A stretch of DNA of 64,000 bases from Clostridia bacterium (GCA_017452525.1 JAFTMG010000024.1:989-64988), one strand, 5' to 3'. Counted from the first letter of the stretch, positions 9,946-19,930 are shown. Program-made: numbers and translations. Notes: generated by a model not told the origin, from the letters alone.

Positions 9946-10812
9946 TTACCAATTGGCTTGCCAGCGCGCGGAGGAGCCGCAAGGCAAAAATCCACCTGTC
10001 TGGGTCACAGGCAAGGCAAGCTCGCCTGCTTCAACGGTACCGCCGTAGCGCTTACGAATCTTCATATCAATCATGTAAGACATCGTCAGCGGAGACAGCC
10101 CCGTAGTATAGGAGTTCAGAAGGAAGAACAGCGGATCATCGGACAGAAGCTGCGAGGTGAGCGTGATCAACCCGTCGATACTGTCCTCGATCTTCCACAC
10201 CTCCCCACTCGGTCCGCGACCGTAGGAGGGGGGATCCATGATGATACCGTCATAGTGATTGCCGCGGCGGATCTCACGCTCCACAAACTTCTGGCAGTCA
10301 TCCACCAGATATCTGATGGGCGCATCCTTCAGCCCGCTCAACTCTGCGTTGATCTTTGCCTGCGCGACCATGTTTTTTGCCGCGTCAACGTGGCAAACAG
10401 AGGCACCTGCCCGTGCGGCAGCCATGGTGGCACCGCCGGTATATGCAAACAGATTCAGTACCTTGATCGGTCTGCCGGCACGGCGGATCAAACCGCCGAA
10501 CCAATCCCAGTTTGCCGCCTGTTCGGGAAAGAGCCCCGTGTGCTTAAAGCCCATGGGCTTCAGTAAAAAGCCAAGCTCACCGTATCGGATATTCCATTGC
10601 TCCGGCACCTTGTTTTTGATCCACCCGCCGCCACCGTTGGAGGAACGGCGATAGATGGCATCCGCCTTCTTCCACGCGGGGTGAACGGCGGTATTTTTCC
10701 AGATGATCTGAGGATCGGGACGAATCAGAATATATTTTCCCCACCGCTCCAAGCGCTCGCCGTCGGAGGTATCCAACAGCTCATAATCTTTCCATTGATC
10801 GGCACACCACAT
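9946..10812 (-). CDS. Class I SAM-dependent methyltransferase (RlmI/RlmK-related)
   Basis: KHTGLFPEQ, VLNLFAYTG, DPPSY motifs; start at MWCADQW with a GGAGTG RBS. Confidence 0.85.
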   Translation of the reverse strand: MWCADQWKDYELLDTSDGERLERWGKYILIRPDPQIIWKNTAVHPAWKKADAIYRRSSNGGGGWIKNKVPEQWNIRYGELGFLLKPMGFKHTGLFPEQAANWDWFGGLIRRAGRPIKVLNLFAYTGGATMAAARAGASVCHVDAAKNMVAQAKINAELSGLKDAPIRYLVDDCQKFVEREIRRGNHYDGIIMDPPSYGRGPSGEVWKIEDSIDGLITLTSQLLSDDPLFFLLNSYTTGLSPLTMSYMIDMKIRKRYGGTVEAGELALPVTQTGGFLPCGSSARWQANW

Positions 10813-10831
10813 ATTGATCTCACTCCTGCAT

Positions 10832-11332
10832 TTATTTCTGATTGTAATACGAAGATATTCTCGAGCAGCCGCTGTGGGCGTGGCAGATGGCGATTGCCAG
10901 TGCATCGGCGGTATCGTCCGGCTTTGGGGGCTTTGGAAGATTCAACAGCATGGTCACCATAGAGATCACCTGCTTCTTCTCCGCTCTGCCGAAGCCGACC
11001 ACAGATTGCTTGACTTGAAGCGGCGTATATTCCGCCATGCGCAGACCGTTTTGCTGACCGCACAGAAGAATGACCCCGCGCGCTTCCGCCACGCGGATTC
11101 CCGTGGTGATGTTGGTATTGAAAAACAACTCCTCCACCGCCATTTCATCGGGATGATATTTTTGTATGATCTGATTCATGCCGTCATAGATCAAGGACAG
11201 CCGCTCTTCCGTTTTGGTTCCCGCGGGCGTTTGGATGGAGCCATAGCCCAACGTTTGAAACCGAAAACCGTCAAACCGTACCACGCCCCATCCAATGATA
11301 GCGAGTCCGGGGTCGATTCCCAATATGACCAT
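10832..11332 (-). CDS. ruvC: Holliday junction endodeoxyribonuclease
   Basis: ILGIDPG, EELFF, EYTP..VKQ, G.AEK.QV, DDTADALAIA. Confidence 0.97.
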   Translation of the reverse strand: MVILGIDPGLAIIGWGVVRFDGFRFQTLGYGSIQTPAGTKTEERLSLIYDGMNQIIQKYHPDEMAVEELFFNTNITTGIRVAEARGVILLCGQQNGLRMAEYTPLQVKQSVVGFGRAEKKQVISMVTMLLNLPKPPKPDDTADALAIAICHAHSGCSRISSYYNQK

Positions 11333-11372
11333 TTTCGGATCCTCTCTTTCAAAACATAAATATACATCTTAT

Positions 11373-11401
11373 ATTATAGCACATATTATGCCACAAGTCA
11401 A
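11373..11401 (-). promoter_or_regulatory. sigma-A promoter of the ruvC-led operon
   Basis: Minus strand TTGACT-17 nt-TATAAT with TG extension. Confidence 0.7.
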
Positions 11402-11519
11402 ATATTTTTCGTGATTTCTCTCTGAATTCATGATGAATATTTCAGATCACTTCTTTACATTTTCCCTCTTTTATGGTATACTGATAGCAATTGATCACAC
11501 GAAATGAGGGCTCCCGTTT

Positions 11520-12296
11520 ATGAATCATACATTTTCTCAAAAGATACCGCGAAAGCTTGCGATCTTATCCTTCGGTCTTTCCGCTTTGTTTGTTGTATTG
11601 GCGCGCCTTTACACCGTCAGCTGTGCTGACATCGTTTTTATGTATACCGTCGTTCCGGAGCTTTTGGAAATATTGGTAAATCTTCTGGAATGTGCCATCT
11701 ACGGCATTGCATACGGTCTTTGCATTTACGCGGCGTACCGCGACCCTGCGCGGTTATTCCGCCGCTGTGCTCTGATCTATGGCGGATCCGTTCTGTTCAA
11801 ATACCTCGGGAACTATTTTATGACGTGGATCACTGATACCCACATGTCCGCCTCGTATCTGCTGGAAAACCTGCTCTACATTTTCCTTTACACTCTGATT
11901 GAGCTGGCACAGGCAGCCATCATCCTTTTGGTGATTCTGCGTGCGATGAAGTCCTATCACACCTTCATTGCCAAGCAGCAGCGCATTGCGCAGGCTCTTC
12001 CCGATGCAAAAATCACCCTCCGCACATATGCTTTTCCCTTCTCCAAGCTGATCTCGCTGAAAAACCCGCTCCAGAAATGTGCTTTTTGGGCAGGAACGAC
12101 TGTCACAATTTTCCGTATCGTCTCCCGCTTGATCTACGATATCTCCTTCGGTCTCCCGACCTCTCTCGTAGATGCTCTTTGGATCGTAGTCTACTATCTG
12201 TTGGATTTTTTTGTGGGCTTCGCGGTTTGTTTGCTGATCACTTTCCTCTTGATCTCCATGGATCAAAAGGATCCCGATCTTTCCAACATCTCATAA
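11520..12296 (+). CDS. Hypothetical polytopic membrane protein
   Basis: 258 aa with about six hydrophobic helices; upstream TTTACA-17-TATACT; followed by a hairpin. Confidence 0.7.
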   Translation: MNHTFSQKIPRKLAILSFGLSALFVVLARLYTVSCADIVFMYTVVPELLEILVNLLECAIYGIAYGLCIYAAYRDPARLFRRCALIYGGSVLFKYLGNYFMTWITDTHMSASYLLENLLYIFLYTLIELAQAAIILLVILRAMKSYHTFIAKQQRIAQALPDAKITLRTYAFPFSKLISLKNPLQKCAFWAGTTVTIFRIVSRLIYDISFGLPTSLVDALWIVVYYLLDFFVGFAVCLLITFLLISMDQKDPDLSNIS

Positions 12297-12303
12297 CAAA
12301 AAT

Positions 12304-12339
12304 GAAACACCACCAAGAATTTTTCCTTGGTGGTGTTTC
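12304..12339. terminator. Terminator hairpin between convergent genes
   Basis: GAAACACCACCAAG / CTTGGTGGTGTTTC inverted repeat. Confidence 0.7.
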
Positions 12340-12380
12340 CATTGTTCCCCAAGATACCGCCATGGCGGCACGCCGGGCAA

Positions 12381-12830
12381 TCAATTGGTCTCGTTTTTCA
12401 ATTCGCGCAACTCTGCGAGGAAGGTATCCAGATCCTTGAACTCACGATAAACAGAAGCAAAGCGAACATAAGCAACGTCATCTCGCTCCTTCAGCTTTCT
12501 CATGACCATTTCGCCCAATTGACGGGAGCTGACCTCCAAAGTCAGAGAATTCTGCAGCTCAGCCTCGATCTCGGCAACCAATGCTTCCGCATTGACGGGA
12601 CGCTTCTGACACGCCTTCATGACACCTGACAAAAGCTTATTTCGGTCAAAAAGCTCCTTCGACCCACCCTTTTTCAGCACCACGATCTGCACCGTTTCAA
12701 TGACCTCAAAGGTGGTAAAGCGCTTTTGACATTCAAGACATTCACGGCGGCGGCGAATACTGCTTCCGTCGGAAACAGGTCTGGAATCAATAACCTTGCT
12801 ATCAAAGTAGCCGCAAGCGGGACACTTCAT
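12381..12830 (-). CDS. nrdR: Transcriptional repressor NrdR
   Basis: MKCPAC..SKVIDSR..RRRRECLEC.KRFTT.E, ATP-cone, VAYVRFASVYREF. Confidence 0.97.
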   Translation of the reverse strand: MKCPACGYFDSKVIDSRPVSDGSSIRRRRECLECQKRFTTFEVIETVQIVVLKKGGSKELFDRNKLLSGVMKACQKRPVNAEALVAEIEAELQNSLTLEVSSRQLGEMVMRKLKERDDVAYVRFASVYREFKDLDTFLAELRELKNETN

Positions 12831-12984
12831 AAATAAGACCTCCTGATTTACAGTTCCGTAATTCAGCCCGAAAAATTTCGGCTCTTCCGTTGCCATAAAA
12901 GAGTTTGACTTGGATCTTTGGCATCCGTTTTTGATTTACACAGTTATTTTACCACATTTTCCGACATTTGTAAAGTGTTTCCAA

Positions 12985-13296
12985 TTATATTTTACATAGA
13001 TTTTTGCGATAACATCTTTCCTCCTCACCGCAAATCATATCATGTACGACATCCCGCAGGGTACACGGTGTTACAGTCTCATTCACCATGATCTCAAAAT
13101 AGCGTTGGACCCGCTCAAAATCGGTACCGAGCAGCTCCATCGCCCCCTCCGAGGAAGAACAGATCTCTATGGCATAATATGTCTGACGTGCGGTCTCGAT
13201 ACTCATCAGTATATATTCCGCGGAAAAGGTCTCTGTTCTGCAAGTTTCTGTTTGTAACACACGAACGTTTCGCTGTTTTTCGCTGACTGGATTCAT
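12985..13296 (-). CDS. Small conserved clostridial protein (DUF6514-like)
   Basis: C-terminal 'NETVTPCTLRDVVHDM' pattern; AAAGGA RBS; start uncertain. Confidence 0.6.
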   Translation of the reverse strand: MNPVSEKQRNVRVLQTETCRTETFSAEYILMSIETARQTYYAIEICSSSEGAMELLGTDFERVQRYFEIMVNETVTPCTLRDVVHDMICGEEERCYRKNLCKI

Positions 13297-13573
13297 TCTG
13301 ATCATTCCTTTCAAATTTGATGTGTTCGTCGGAACATCTCCATTATACCGCAACGAAAAAGTGGCTTTTTTGTGTACATCCGTTGTTTTTCTTTGAAAAA
13401 ATTCTTCATACGATACAAAAAGATGTAAATTTATGTCAGCATTTACAGAAATATTGCATTGAAATTCCGAATATGATCTTTTATAATATTATTGAAAAAA
13501 TAATTATTAAATTTTGACCGACTCGTTTTATATAAATCACAGTCATAACCAACAAAAAAGAGGTGAAGAAACA

Positions 13574-13819
13574 GTGCAAAAGAAACAAACAAAAAGATCG
13601 CTCCCGCCCGCCGCTCTTATTTTGCGCATCGGGCTTCCCGTTATTCTGATCGAGCTGTGTCTCTTTGCATCCATGCTGTGTCGGGACATGGTGCGAGACA
13701 TCACCTTTGCGCTCCACCGATATCCGCCCATGCTGGAATATATTATGATGAGTCTTACCTTGTTGATCATCGGCGCATTTCTGTTTGACTACATAGACAG
13801 AAAAAATAAAGGGAGCTGA
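13574..13819 (+). CDS. Small two-TM hypothetical protein
   Basis: GAGGTG RBS then GTG start; two hydrophobic segments; ends in a hairpin. Confidence 0.6.
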   Translation: MQKKQTKRSLPPAALILRIGLPVILIELCLFASMLCRDMVRDITFALHRYPPMLEYIMMSLTLLIIGAFLFDYIDRKNKGS

Positions 13820-13844
13820 GCCACAAAACAGGCAGCTCAGCTCC
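13812..13844. terminator. Hairpin between convergent genes
   Basis: GGAGCTGAGC / GCTCAGCTCC inverted repeat. Confidence 0.55.
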
Positions 13845-13860
13845 GTTCGGTATGATTCGT

Positions 13861-14154
13861 TTAATCGAAAGCGGCAGGTGTCGTATGCATGGCTTTTCTG
13901 GGAGATGCCATGTAGGGGGCGACCGTTTCCTTCCAAATATGATAGTGCTCTGTTGCCTTGTGTGCCGCAACGGCATCCTCATCGGCAAACACCTCATAGA
14001 GTGTAAACTTGGTGGGATCATCCGCGCTCTGCAACACGTCAAAACGAATGTTCCCCGGCTCCTTGCGGCTGCCCTCGTGGTTCAACACGCTGGCTTTTTT
14101 AAAATCCTCTACAAATTCGGGCTTTACATCCACAAATACCAAATTGGCGATCAT
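13861..14154 (-). CDS. ABM-family protein, LsrG-like
   Basis: N.H.GS..EPGNIRFDVLQ..F.LYE.F..EDAV.AHK.T.HY closely follows the LsrG pattern. Confidence 0.8.
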   Translation of the reverse strand: MIANLVFVDVKPEFVEDFKKASVLNHEGSRKEPGNIRFDVLQSADDPTKFTLYEVFADEDAVAAHKATEHYHIWKETVAPYMASPRKAMHTTPAAFD

Positions 14155-14240
14155 AGCAAATCCTCCTTTGATCTCTCGTCACGAATTACAGATCGTAACC
14201 GTATTGCATTCATTATACACGGAAACGAGGCGTTTGTCAA

Positions 14241-15188
14241 TCACTCCGCCGCCGTTATTTTACAGATCTCAACCATGCCACTGACGGTTTCAATCTCAAA
14301 ATCCGCACTGCCGTCACCGCAAACATAAGTGCCGTTCCCTCGAGATAAGATCCCGAAGTCGGTCGCACTCAGCTTACCGCTGACGGAATCCATCTGCACC
14401 CTGAAGCCGGACTGCTCGGGGATCACCAGCTTCACGTACCCGCTCACAGACTCGCAGGACAGCTCTGCGGGACATTGGATGGTATACACGTCCAAACGTG
14501 CGGAAACACCCTTCAACTCCAACGAGCGAACGGTGCCATTCAGCGAAACGTTGCCACTGACGGTGGAAAGCTCTGCACGCTCGATCATACTCTTTTCGAT
14601 CTGAACCGTTCCGCTGACATTCCCGATCTCCAACGTACCGATCTCGGACTTGAGAAGATCGATATTGCCGGAAACACTCTCGATATCCAGCGAGCGAACC
14701 GCCAACCCCTCCACATGGATCTGCGAGGACACGTTTTCAACCTCAATCCCGTAGAGAGTACGGTCGATATCCTCGGTCAACATGGACGACGGAACGCTGA
14801 TCTCCAGATCCTTGGCAAACGTGATCTTTCCGAAGCGGCGAGGCTTGCAATATTTGATCTGCAGTTCACCGTCATGCAGACGCCAACGAAGGGCATCGTC
14901 CGAGGATGCCGTCTCGCTCTCATTCACCGTGATCCGGTTTTCCTCCGTGGCAACAATGCGGATATTTCCGGAAAGCCAGTCAATATCGATGCTATGAACA
15001 GCATCCGTTTCAAGTGCTGTTTCCCCGACAGAATAACTACCTTCCTCATCATAATAGTAGCCACCCAAAGAAACGTTCCAATTGCCGGTTTTCAGACTCC
15101 CGAATGCCATACCTACAATCATGATCACTGTAAGAACTGCTGCCAGGATCGTCCAAAGACATATTCTGATGATGGCACTCCCCTTCAT
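14241..15188 (-). CDS. DUF4097-family beta-strand repeat protein
   Basis: N-terminal TM then repeated (E/S)xVSG units. Confidence 0.8.
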   Translation of the reverse strand: MKGSAIIRICLWTILAAVLTVIMIVGMAFGSLKTGNWNVSLGGYYYDEEGSYSVGETALETDAVHSIDIDWLSGNIRIVATEENRITVNESETASSDDALRWRLHDGELQIKYCKPRRFGKITFAKDLEISVPSSMLTEDIDRTLYGIEVENVSSQIHVEGLAVRSLDIESVSGNIDLLKSEIGTLEIGNVSGTVQIEKSMIERAELSTVSGNVSLNGTVRSLELKGVSARLDVYTIQCPAELSCESVSGYVKLVIPEQSGFRVQMDSVSGKLSATDFGILSRGNGTYVCGDGSADFEIETVSGMVEICKITAAE

Positions 15189-15628
15189 GATCTTCCACCT
15201 CCGATCAGATCAAAGATCGCGCGCAGAATGTTGGAAAGCGCGATGCCAATCAAAAAGGTCAGCCAAGTGATATGCCAGGCGCCCGTGGCAAAGCTGAGCA
15301 GAAAATACACCACCAGAACAAGCATCCACAGCGCGCTGTTGATCGAGTGGAACAGCGGGTTGTGCTTGGCACCGACCACGTGCTTGGGTGGAGGAGGCGG
15401 CGTAAACTCCGGTTGTTCGTTGCGAAGAGAGGCAATCAGATCCTCCAGGTTTCCGATACTGCCGACCGCGTTGCGATAGGCATCCTGAGGCTTCTTGCCT
15501 TCACGGACCATATCGTCGTATTTTTCAAGCGTATCCGCAAGGATCGCTTCTTTCATCTCCACAGCCTTTCTCGTGCAGGGCGCGTTGGCAAAAACGCGAT
15601 CCAGATAGGCGGGAATTTGTTCTCTCAT
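15185..15628 (-). CDS. Permease-prefix-domain membrane protein
   Basis: E.KE.I...EKYDD...GK...AY..A..SIG motif plus two C-terminal TM helices; 4-nt overlap with the next gene. Confidence 0.75.
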   Translation of the reverse strand: MREQIPAYLDRVFANAPCTRKAVEMKEAILADTLEKYDDMVREGKKPQDAYRNAVGSIGNLEDLIASLRNEQPEFTPPPPPKHVVGAKHNPLFHSINSALWMLVLVVYFLLSFATGAWHITWLTFLIGIALSNILRAIFDLIGGGRS

Positions 15629-15642
15629 ATCTTGTCTCTCCT

Positions 15643-15990
15643 TTATATTTGTTCCGATTGGGGGATCTGAACCAGCATTTCGATCATCCGGCTGACCTGT
15701 CCCCATTCATCCGTCAATTGGCGGTAGTGCTGTCTGCCAAGATCGGAAATGGTATAATACCGTCTCCGCGCGCCGCTTTCCTCATTTCCCCAATAGGATT
15801 GGATGTAGCGCTCCTCCTCCAATCGCTTGAAGGCGGAATACAGCGTTGCCTCTTTAAACTCATATTTTCCGTCGGTCATTTGCTTTACCGCCTTGTTGAT
15901 GCGGTATCCGTAGCTATCCCCTGCCATCAGTTGGGCAAGAATGATCGTTTCCGTGTGCCCGCGTATCAGGTCTGCCGCGATATTGGACAT
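15643..15990 (-). CDS. PadR-family transcriptional regulator
   Basis: DLIRG..IIL..DSYGY.I..EATLY..KRLE..RRRYY.I; upstream TTGACA-17-TAATAT. Confidence 0.93.
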   Translation of the reverse strand: MSNIAADLIRGHTETIILAQLMAGDSYGYRINKAVKQMTDGKYEFKEATLYSAFKRLEEERYIQSYWGNEESGARRRYYTISDLGRQHYRQLTDEWGQVSRMIEMLVQIPQSEQI

Positions 15991-16068
15991 TTTTCATACC
16001 TCCTTTTTTGTATATATATTATCACAACATACATCATCTGTCAAGGTATATTAAAAAAGAAAATATAA

Positions 16069-16100
16069 AAAAAGTCGCAAAAAAACATTTGCGACTTTTT
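16069..16100 (-). terminator. Intrinsic terminator after spoVFB
   Basis: AAAAAGTCGCAAA / TTTGCGACTTTTT with A/T tails. Confidence 0.75.
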
Positions 16101-16105
16101 ATATT

Positions 16106-16666
16106 TCAGAGGAACAGCGGGCGGAGCTGTCTTCCATGCTTTGCCAGCTCTACGGTTTTAGAAAGCAATGAAAAATCTGCAACCAATGAATGGGGCTTAC
16201 CAATCGGGTCATCCTGACGCACAGGGACAAAATACACGCCCTTTCGACTCAGCAACGTCCCGATATTTTTCAGATTGGCCGACATCGCGTCATTGGAGGC
16301 AAGTGCGATCACGAGTGGACGGTCTGTCCTCATATGTGCCTTTGCCGCCATGCACACCGGTGTATCTGTGATCCCATTGGCAAGCTTTGCCAACGTATTT
16401 CCCGTGCAAGGACAAAGGATCAACATATCCAGAGGACTCTTGGGACCCAAAGGCTCTGCTTCCGTAATTGTGTGAATGATGTTTTTTTTGCAGAGATCCT
16501 CGATCAGCTTCCGCCACGTCTCCGCTTTTCCAAAACGTGTATCGGTCTCATATACTGCGTTGCTCATGATCGGACAGATATCCATACCGCCTCCGATCAG
16601 CTGCTCCAATTGCCTGACCGAATCCGACAAAGTACAAAAAGATCCGCACAGCGCATATCCTGTCAT
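16106..16666 (-). CDS. spoVFB: Dipicolinate synthase subunit B
   Basis: CGSFCT, EPLGPK, PCTGNTLAKLANGITD, QDDP.GKP.SL. Confidence 0.95.
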   Translation of the reverse strand: MTGYALCGSFCTLSDSVRQLEQLIGGGMDICPIMSNAVYETDTRFGKAETWRKLIEDLCKKNIIHTITEAEPLGPKSPLDMLILCPCTGNTLAKLANGITDTPVCMAAKAHMRTDRPLVIALASNDAMSANLKNIGTLLSRKGVYFVPVRQDDPIGKPHSLVADFSLLSKTVELAKHGRQLRPLFL

Positions 16667-17553
16667 GGTGAACCGTCTCCTCCCCTCATATACGATAATA
16701 CACAATCTCCGATGATCTCTCCCGCCGTCAACGGCGCAACCTTTCCCGGAAGCGATAGCGCCACAACTGTTTTAAGCCCCAATCGGTTAGCCGCGTCGTA
16801 GTCGATTCCACCGGGTGCGGAGGCAAGATCGATCAGAACCGTTTCGCGATCCGTCGCCTCCAGCATACGCTCATCCAATAAAAGGACAGGAACGGTATTG
16901 AAGATCACGTGAAAACCGGAGGATAAAGCCGGCAGCTCGCTCCCCTTCTCCCGTGTGATGATCTTGCAGGTGTGACAACCGCGCAACGCGGCATACGCGA
17001 GGTCGGCATCCTTACGGGCGGCGACGGTAACGTCAACCCCCACGCGTATCAGCAGTTCGCTCAAAAGCTTTCCGATCCTGCCATATCCGACGACCAAAGC
17101 GCAACTTCCGAACAATGTCCGCCTCATTTCGTTCATGGCAATCCCCACCGCTCCCTCGGCAGTTGGTTGAGCGTTGCGGATCATAAATACCTCGTCCTGA
17201 CTGTAATCGATGACCTTCGATCCGCGCGAGTTCATTTTCTGTAAGCATTCCGTATCCGGCCGACCGCAAAAAACGGTATGCTTCTCGGACATTCGTGAGA
17301 CAAGTTGCGTTACGGAAATATCGGTCCCCGTGATCTGGAATCCGTCACGCGTCATGGGAAGCGGCAAAAGCCATATATCCGCCTCGTTGATCGCAGCCTC
17401 AAACGAGGCGCACCGAATCGCTCGTTGGGTGTCGGCAGCCAATCCGTAGGTCTTCACCGCATATCCCGCGCGTGTCAAATGATCCGCCGCGTATACCTGC
17501 CGAGCATCACCGCCCAGCACAGCGACGCTATGTTGACGATCTGTCAAATCCAT
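16663..17553 (-). CDS. spoVFA: Dipicolinate synthase subunit A
   Basis: GGDARQ, N..PTAEG, GYGRIG, IDLASAPGG, LPGKVAP.TAG. Confidence 0.95.
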   Translation of the reverse strand: MDLTDRQHSVAVLGGDARQVYAADHLTRAGYAVKTYGLAADTQRAIRCASFEAAINEADIWLLPLPMTRDGFQITGTDISVTQLVSRMSEKHTVFCGRPDTECLQKMNSRGSKVIDYSQDEVFMIRNAQPTAEGAVGIAMNEMRRTLFGSCALVVGYGRIGKLLSELLIRVGVDVTVAARKDADLAYAALRGCHTCKIITREKGSELPALSSGFHVIFNTVPVLLLDERMLEATDRETVLIDLASAPGGIDYDAANRLGLKTVVALSLPGKVAPLTAGEIIGDCVLSYMRGGDGSP

Positions 17554-17576
17554 CCCTCCACATCGGTTTTATTCAC

Positions 17577-17605
17577 AGGATATGACAAAATCTTAATGAA
17601 TGTGA
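17577..17605 (-). promoter_or_regulatory. Putative sigma-K (late mother-cell) promoter of spoVFAB
   Basis: Minus strand TCACA-16 nt-CATATCCT matches the ACA-16-CATAnnnT pattern; spoVF is sigK-dependent in Bacillus. Confidence 0.55.
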
Positions 17606-17606
17606 G

Positions 17607-17640
17607 AAAAAGCAACAGACCTCAAAAAGATCTGTTGCTT
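17607..17640 (-). terminator. Intrinsic terminator after comEC
   Basis: AAGCAACAGA / TCTGTTGCTT stem with a U-tail on the minus strand. Confidence 0.65.
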
Positions 17641-17644
17641 CGGG

Positions 17645-19930
17645 TTATTTCGGAATGGAAAATTTGTAGCACGTGATATCCGTGATCACACACGGTGCAT
17701 CCGAACCGGAAAGCGTGCCGACTAAGGAAGTAAGGGCATCCGTGCCGTCTGTCAATATCAGCCTCGTGCTTTTCCCTATCTCAAACAGCGTCATCGGGTG
17801 CTTGATGACGGGGCCGTCCTCTCCAAAGATCAAAATATCCGAGCGCTCTGTGATCCAACGGAACGTAGAGAATGCATCTGTTTCTTGTATCGACGGATGC
17901 GCAAACGTGACAATTTGCGAAGGGGTCTGCACCATGTACGATACAATTGGATGCGTAGAACGCGCAATGGACGGCGAGGCGACCGGTGTAAACACGACCT
18001 GTGATGTCAATTGCAAGGCATCCTTGGGGCCATAACAAAGGATATCCGTACCCAAGGGTGCCAACCTGTCATATAGAGCGGAAAGCACGAGATAATCCTC
18101 ATCGCTTTTCGGCATGGGAACGTATATGCGGTGGAGCGCCGTACGTTTGGCGAGCTTGGTAACGCTCGTCACGTGAGCACGGTGGCAGTGTGTCAGGATC
18201 AAGAAATCGACCTCCGTCGCTGCCATTTTCTCATATGCCCTCTGCGCCTCTCTCATAACGGCATCACTTCCTGCTGAGGTATCGATCACCGTGACGGATC
18301 CGTAATCATTGACGATCAACGCGCTCCCGCTTCCGCGCACCACGTATGCCGCCGTGACCTGTGTCCCAAAGGTTGTGTGATACCACATAAATGTTGTTGT
18401 ACAAAAGACCGCCAAAGCAAGAACGGGCGGTAGCACCAGCCAAAGCTTACGCTTGAGAGGAAGACACAAAAGCAGCAGAAGCACTGCTGTCATAACGCCA
18501 AGGATCCAACCCGCATACGGCGTTTGAAGAGAGACCGATACACGCGGGATCTCCGAAACCTTTGCGGTCAGCCGCCCCATCAGCTCCAATAACAGTCGCA
18601 AAGGAAATGCCACGGGCGTCGCGCTGAAAAAAGGAAGAGCATCCAGAAGAAGCACTGCAGGTATCAACATAAGTATCAGAGAAAGAACGGGAGAAAGGAT
18701 CACCGTGAGCGGGATACCCATCAGAGTGAATTCTCCGCTGAAGATCCAGCTTATGAATACAACCGCCACAATTGCCGTAACAGAAGCCACCAAAGATGCG
18801 CAAACCGTCGACAAAACGTGCGAAATGTTTTTGCATTTCAACCATTCGTTGAAATACGGGAGTATCGTCACCAATCCGAAAACCGCCGAAAAAGACATCC
18901 AGAAGCCCGCGTCCGCCACGGTGGACGGCGAAACGGCAAGCATCATGAAGCCAACAAAACAAAGCGAGGTGAGCGGATCATTCTGTTGTCCCGAGAATTC
19001 GGCAAGATACATGAGCAATACCATGCCAGCCGCACGTATAGCGGAGATTCGAAAATCCGTCAAAGCAAGATAACCGATCAGGAGGATGGCCAGCAATATC
19101 AGACGTATCCTTTTGGGCACACGGACTTTCGTTCCTACCGAGGCAAAGATTCCAAGCAAAATCGAAACGTGCATGCCGCTGAGTGCCAACAAATGAGAAA
19201 CACCTGAGCGTCGAAAATGCGTGGTGATCTCTGTGTTCAGATACGTCCGGTCGCCTAAAAACAACGTGATCGCTAATCCGCCGTTTCGTTTTCCCACAAG
19301 ACGAAGCATCCTGGATGCAAGATTGGCACGAAGATGAGAAAAGAATTCGCGAAACGCCGTTTTCTCACCGCCCAAAACAGTCATTTGCGATTCCTGCTCG
19401 CTCAGCACATGTAAGCGGATACCATTGGCAACCGAGTACAGATATTCTTCCTGCGAATATACCTTTTCCGGCAAACTGACAATGGCAGAAAGTACAACGG
19501 TATCTCCGATGTGACAGGTTGCCGCATAAGTACACTCAAGTGTGGCACAAAGGTCGGTCTTTTGTCCGTCAAGCTCCGTTATATTCACCGTATAACGGGC
19601 GTAACCGTTCCCGCTTCCCTCCTCCTCCAAAATACGGCAAGTCACCGCACAAGGCGCGTCTTCTTCATAAAGAGGAATCTCAATGCCAAAATGCATAGCG
19701 GAGCGAAGCAGCAGGATTCCCGACAACAGGAGACAAAGCGTCAGTGTCAGCAGTAATGCGGAGGGTTTTCCGCGGCATTTGATCCAAAAGCACAATGTGC
19801 CAAGAAAAGCGACCGATATCGCAATCATACATATCAAGCGTATCGGTTGAGATATCGAAAACGAGAGAACGGCTGTCGCCATCGCCACGGCGGCGGCTAT
19901 TGCCAACAGTCGATGCGTAAATATACTCAT
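17645..19930 (-). CDS. comEC: ComEC/Rec2 DNA-uptake channel
   Basis: FRRSGVSHLLALSGMHV, SAIRA, GFWMSF competence-domain motifs; C-terminal metallo-beta-lactamase-like domain. Confidence 0.88.
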   Translation of the reverse strand: MSIFTHRLLAIAAAVAMATAVLSFSISQPIRLICMIAISVAFLGTLCFWIKCRGKPSALLLTLTLCLLLSGILLLRSAMHFGIEIPLYEEDAPCAVTCRILEEEGSGNGYARYTVNITELDGQKTDLCATLECTYAATCHIGDTVVLSAIVSLPEKVYSQEEYLYSVANGIRLHVLSEQESQMTVLGGEKTAFREFFSHLRANLASRMLRLVGKRNGGLAITLFLGDRTYLNTEITTHFRRSGVSHLLALSGMHVSILLGIFASVGTKVRVPKRIRLILLAILLIGYLALTDFRISAIRAAGMVLLMYLAEFSGQQNDPLTSLCFVGFMMLAVSPSTVADAGFWMSFSAVFGLVTILPYFNEWLKCKNISHVLSTVCASLVASVTAIVAVVFISWIFSGEFTLMGIPLTVILSPVLSLILMLIPAVLLLDALPFFSATPVAFPLRLLLELMGRLTAKVSEIPRVSVSLQTPYAGWILGVMTAVLLLLLCLPLKRKLWLVLPPVLALAVFCTTTFMWYHTTFGTQVTAAYVVRGSGSALIVNDYGSVTVIDTSAGSDAVMREAQRAYEKMAATEVDFLILTHCHRAHVTSVTKLAKRTALHRIYVPMPKSDEDYLVLSALYDRLAPLGTDILCYGPKDALQLTSQVVFTPVASPSIARSTHPIVSYMVQTPSQIVTFAHPSIQETDAFSTFRWITERSDILIFGEDGPVIKHPMTLFEIGKSTRLILTDGTDALTSLVGTLSGSDAPCVITDITCYKFSIPK

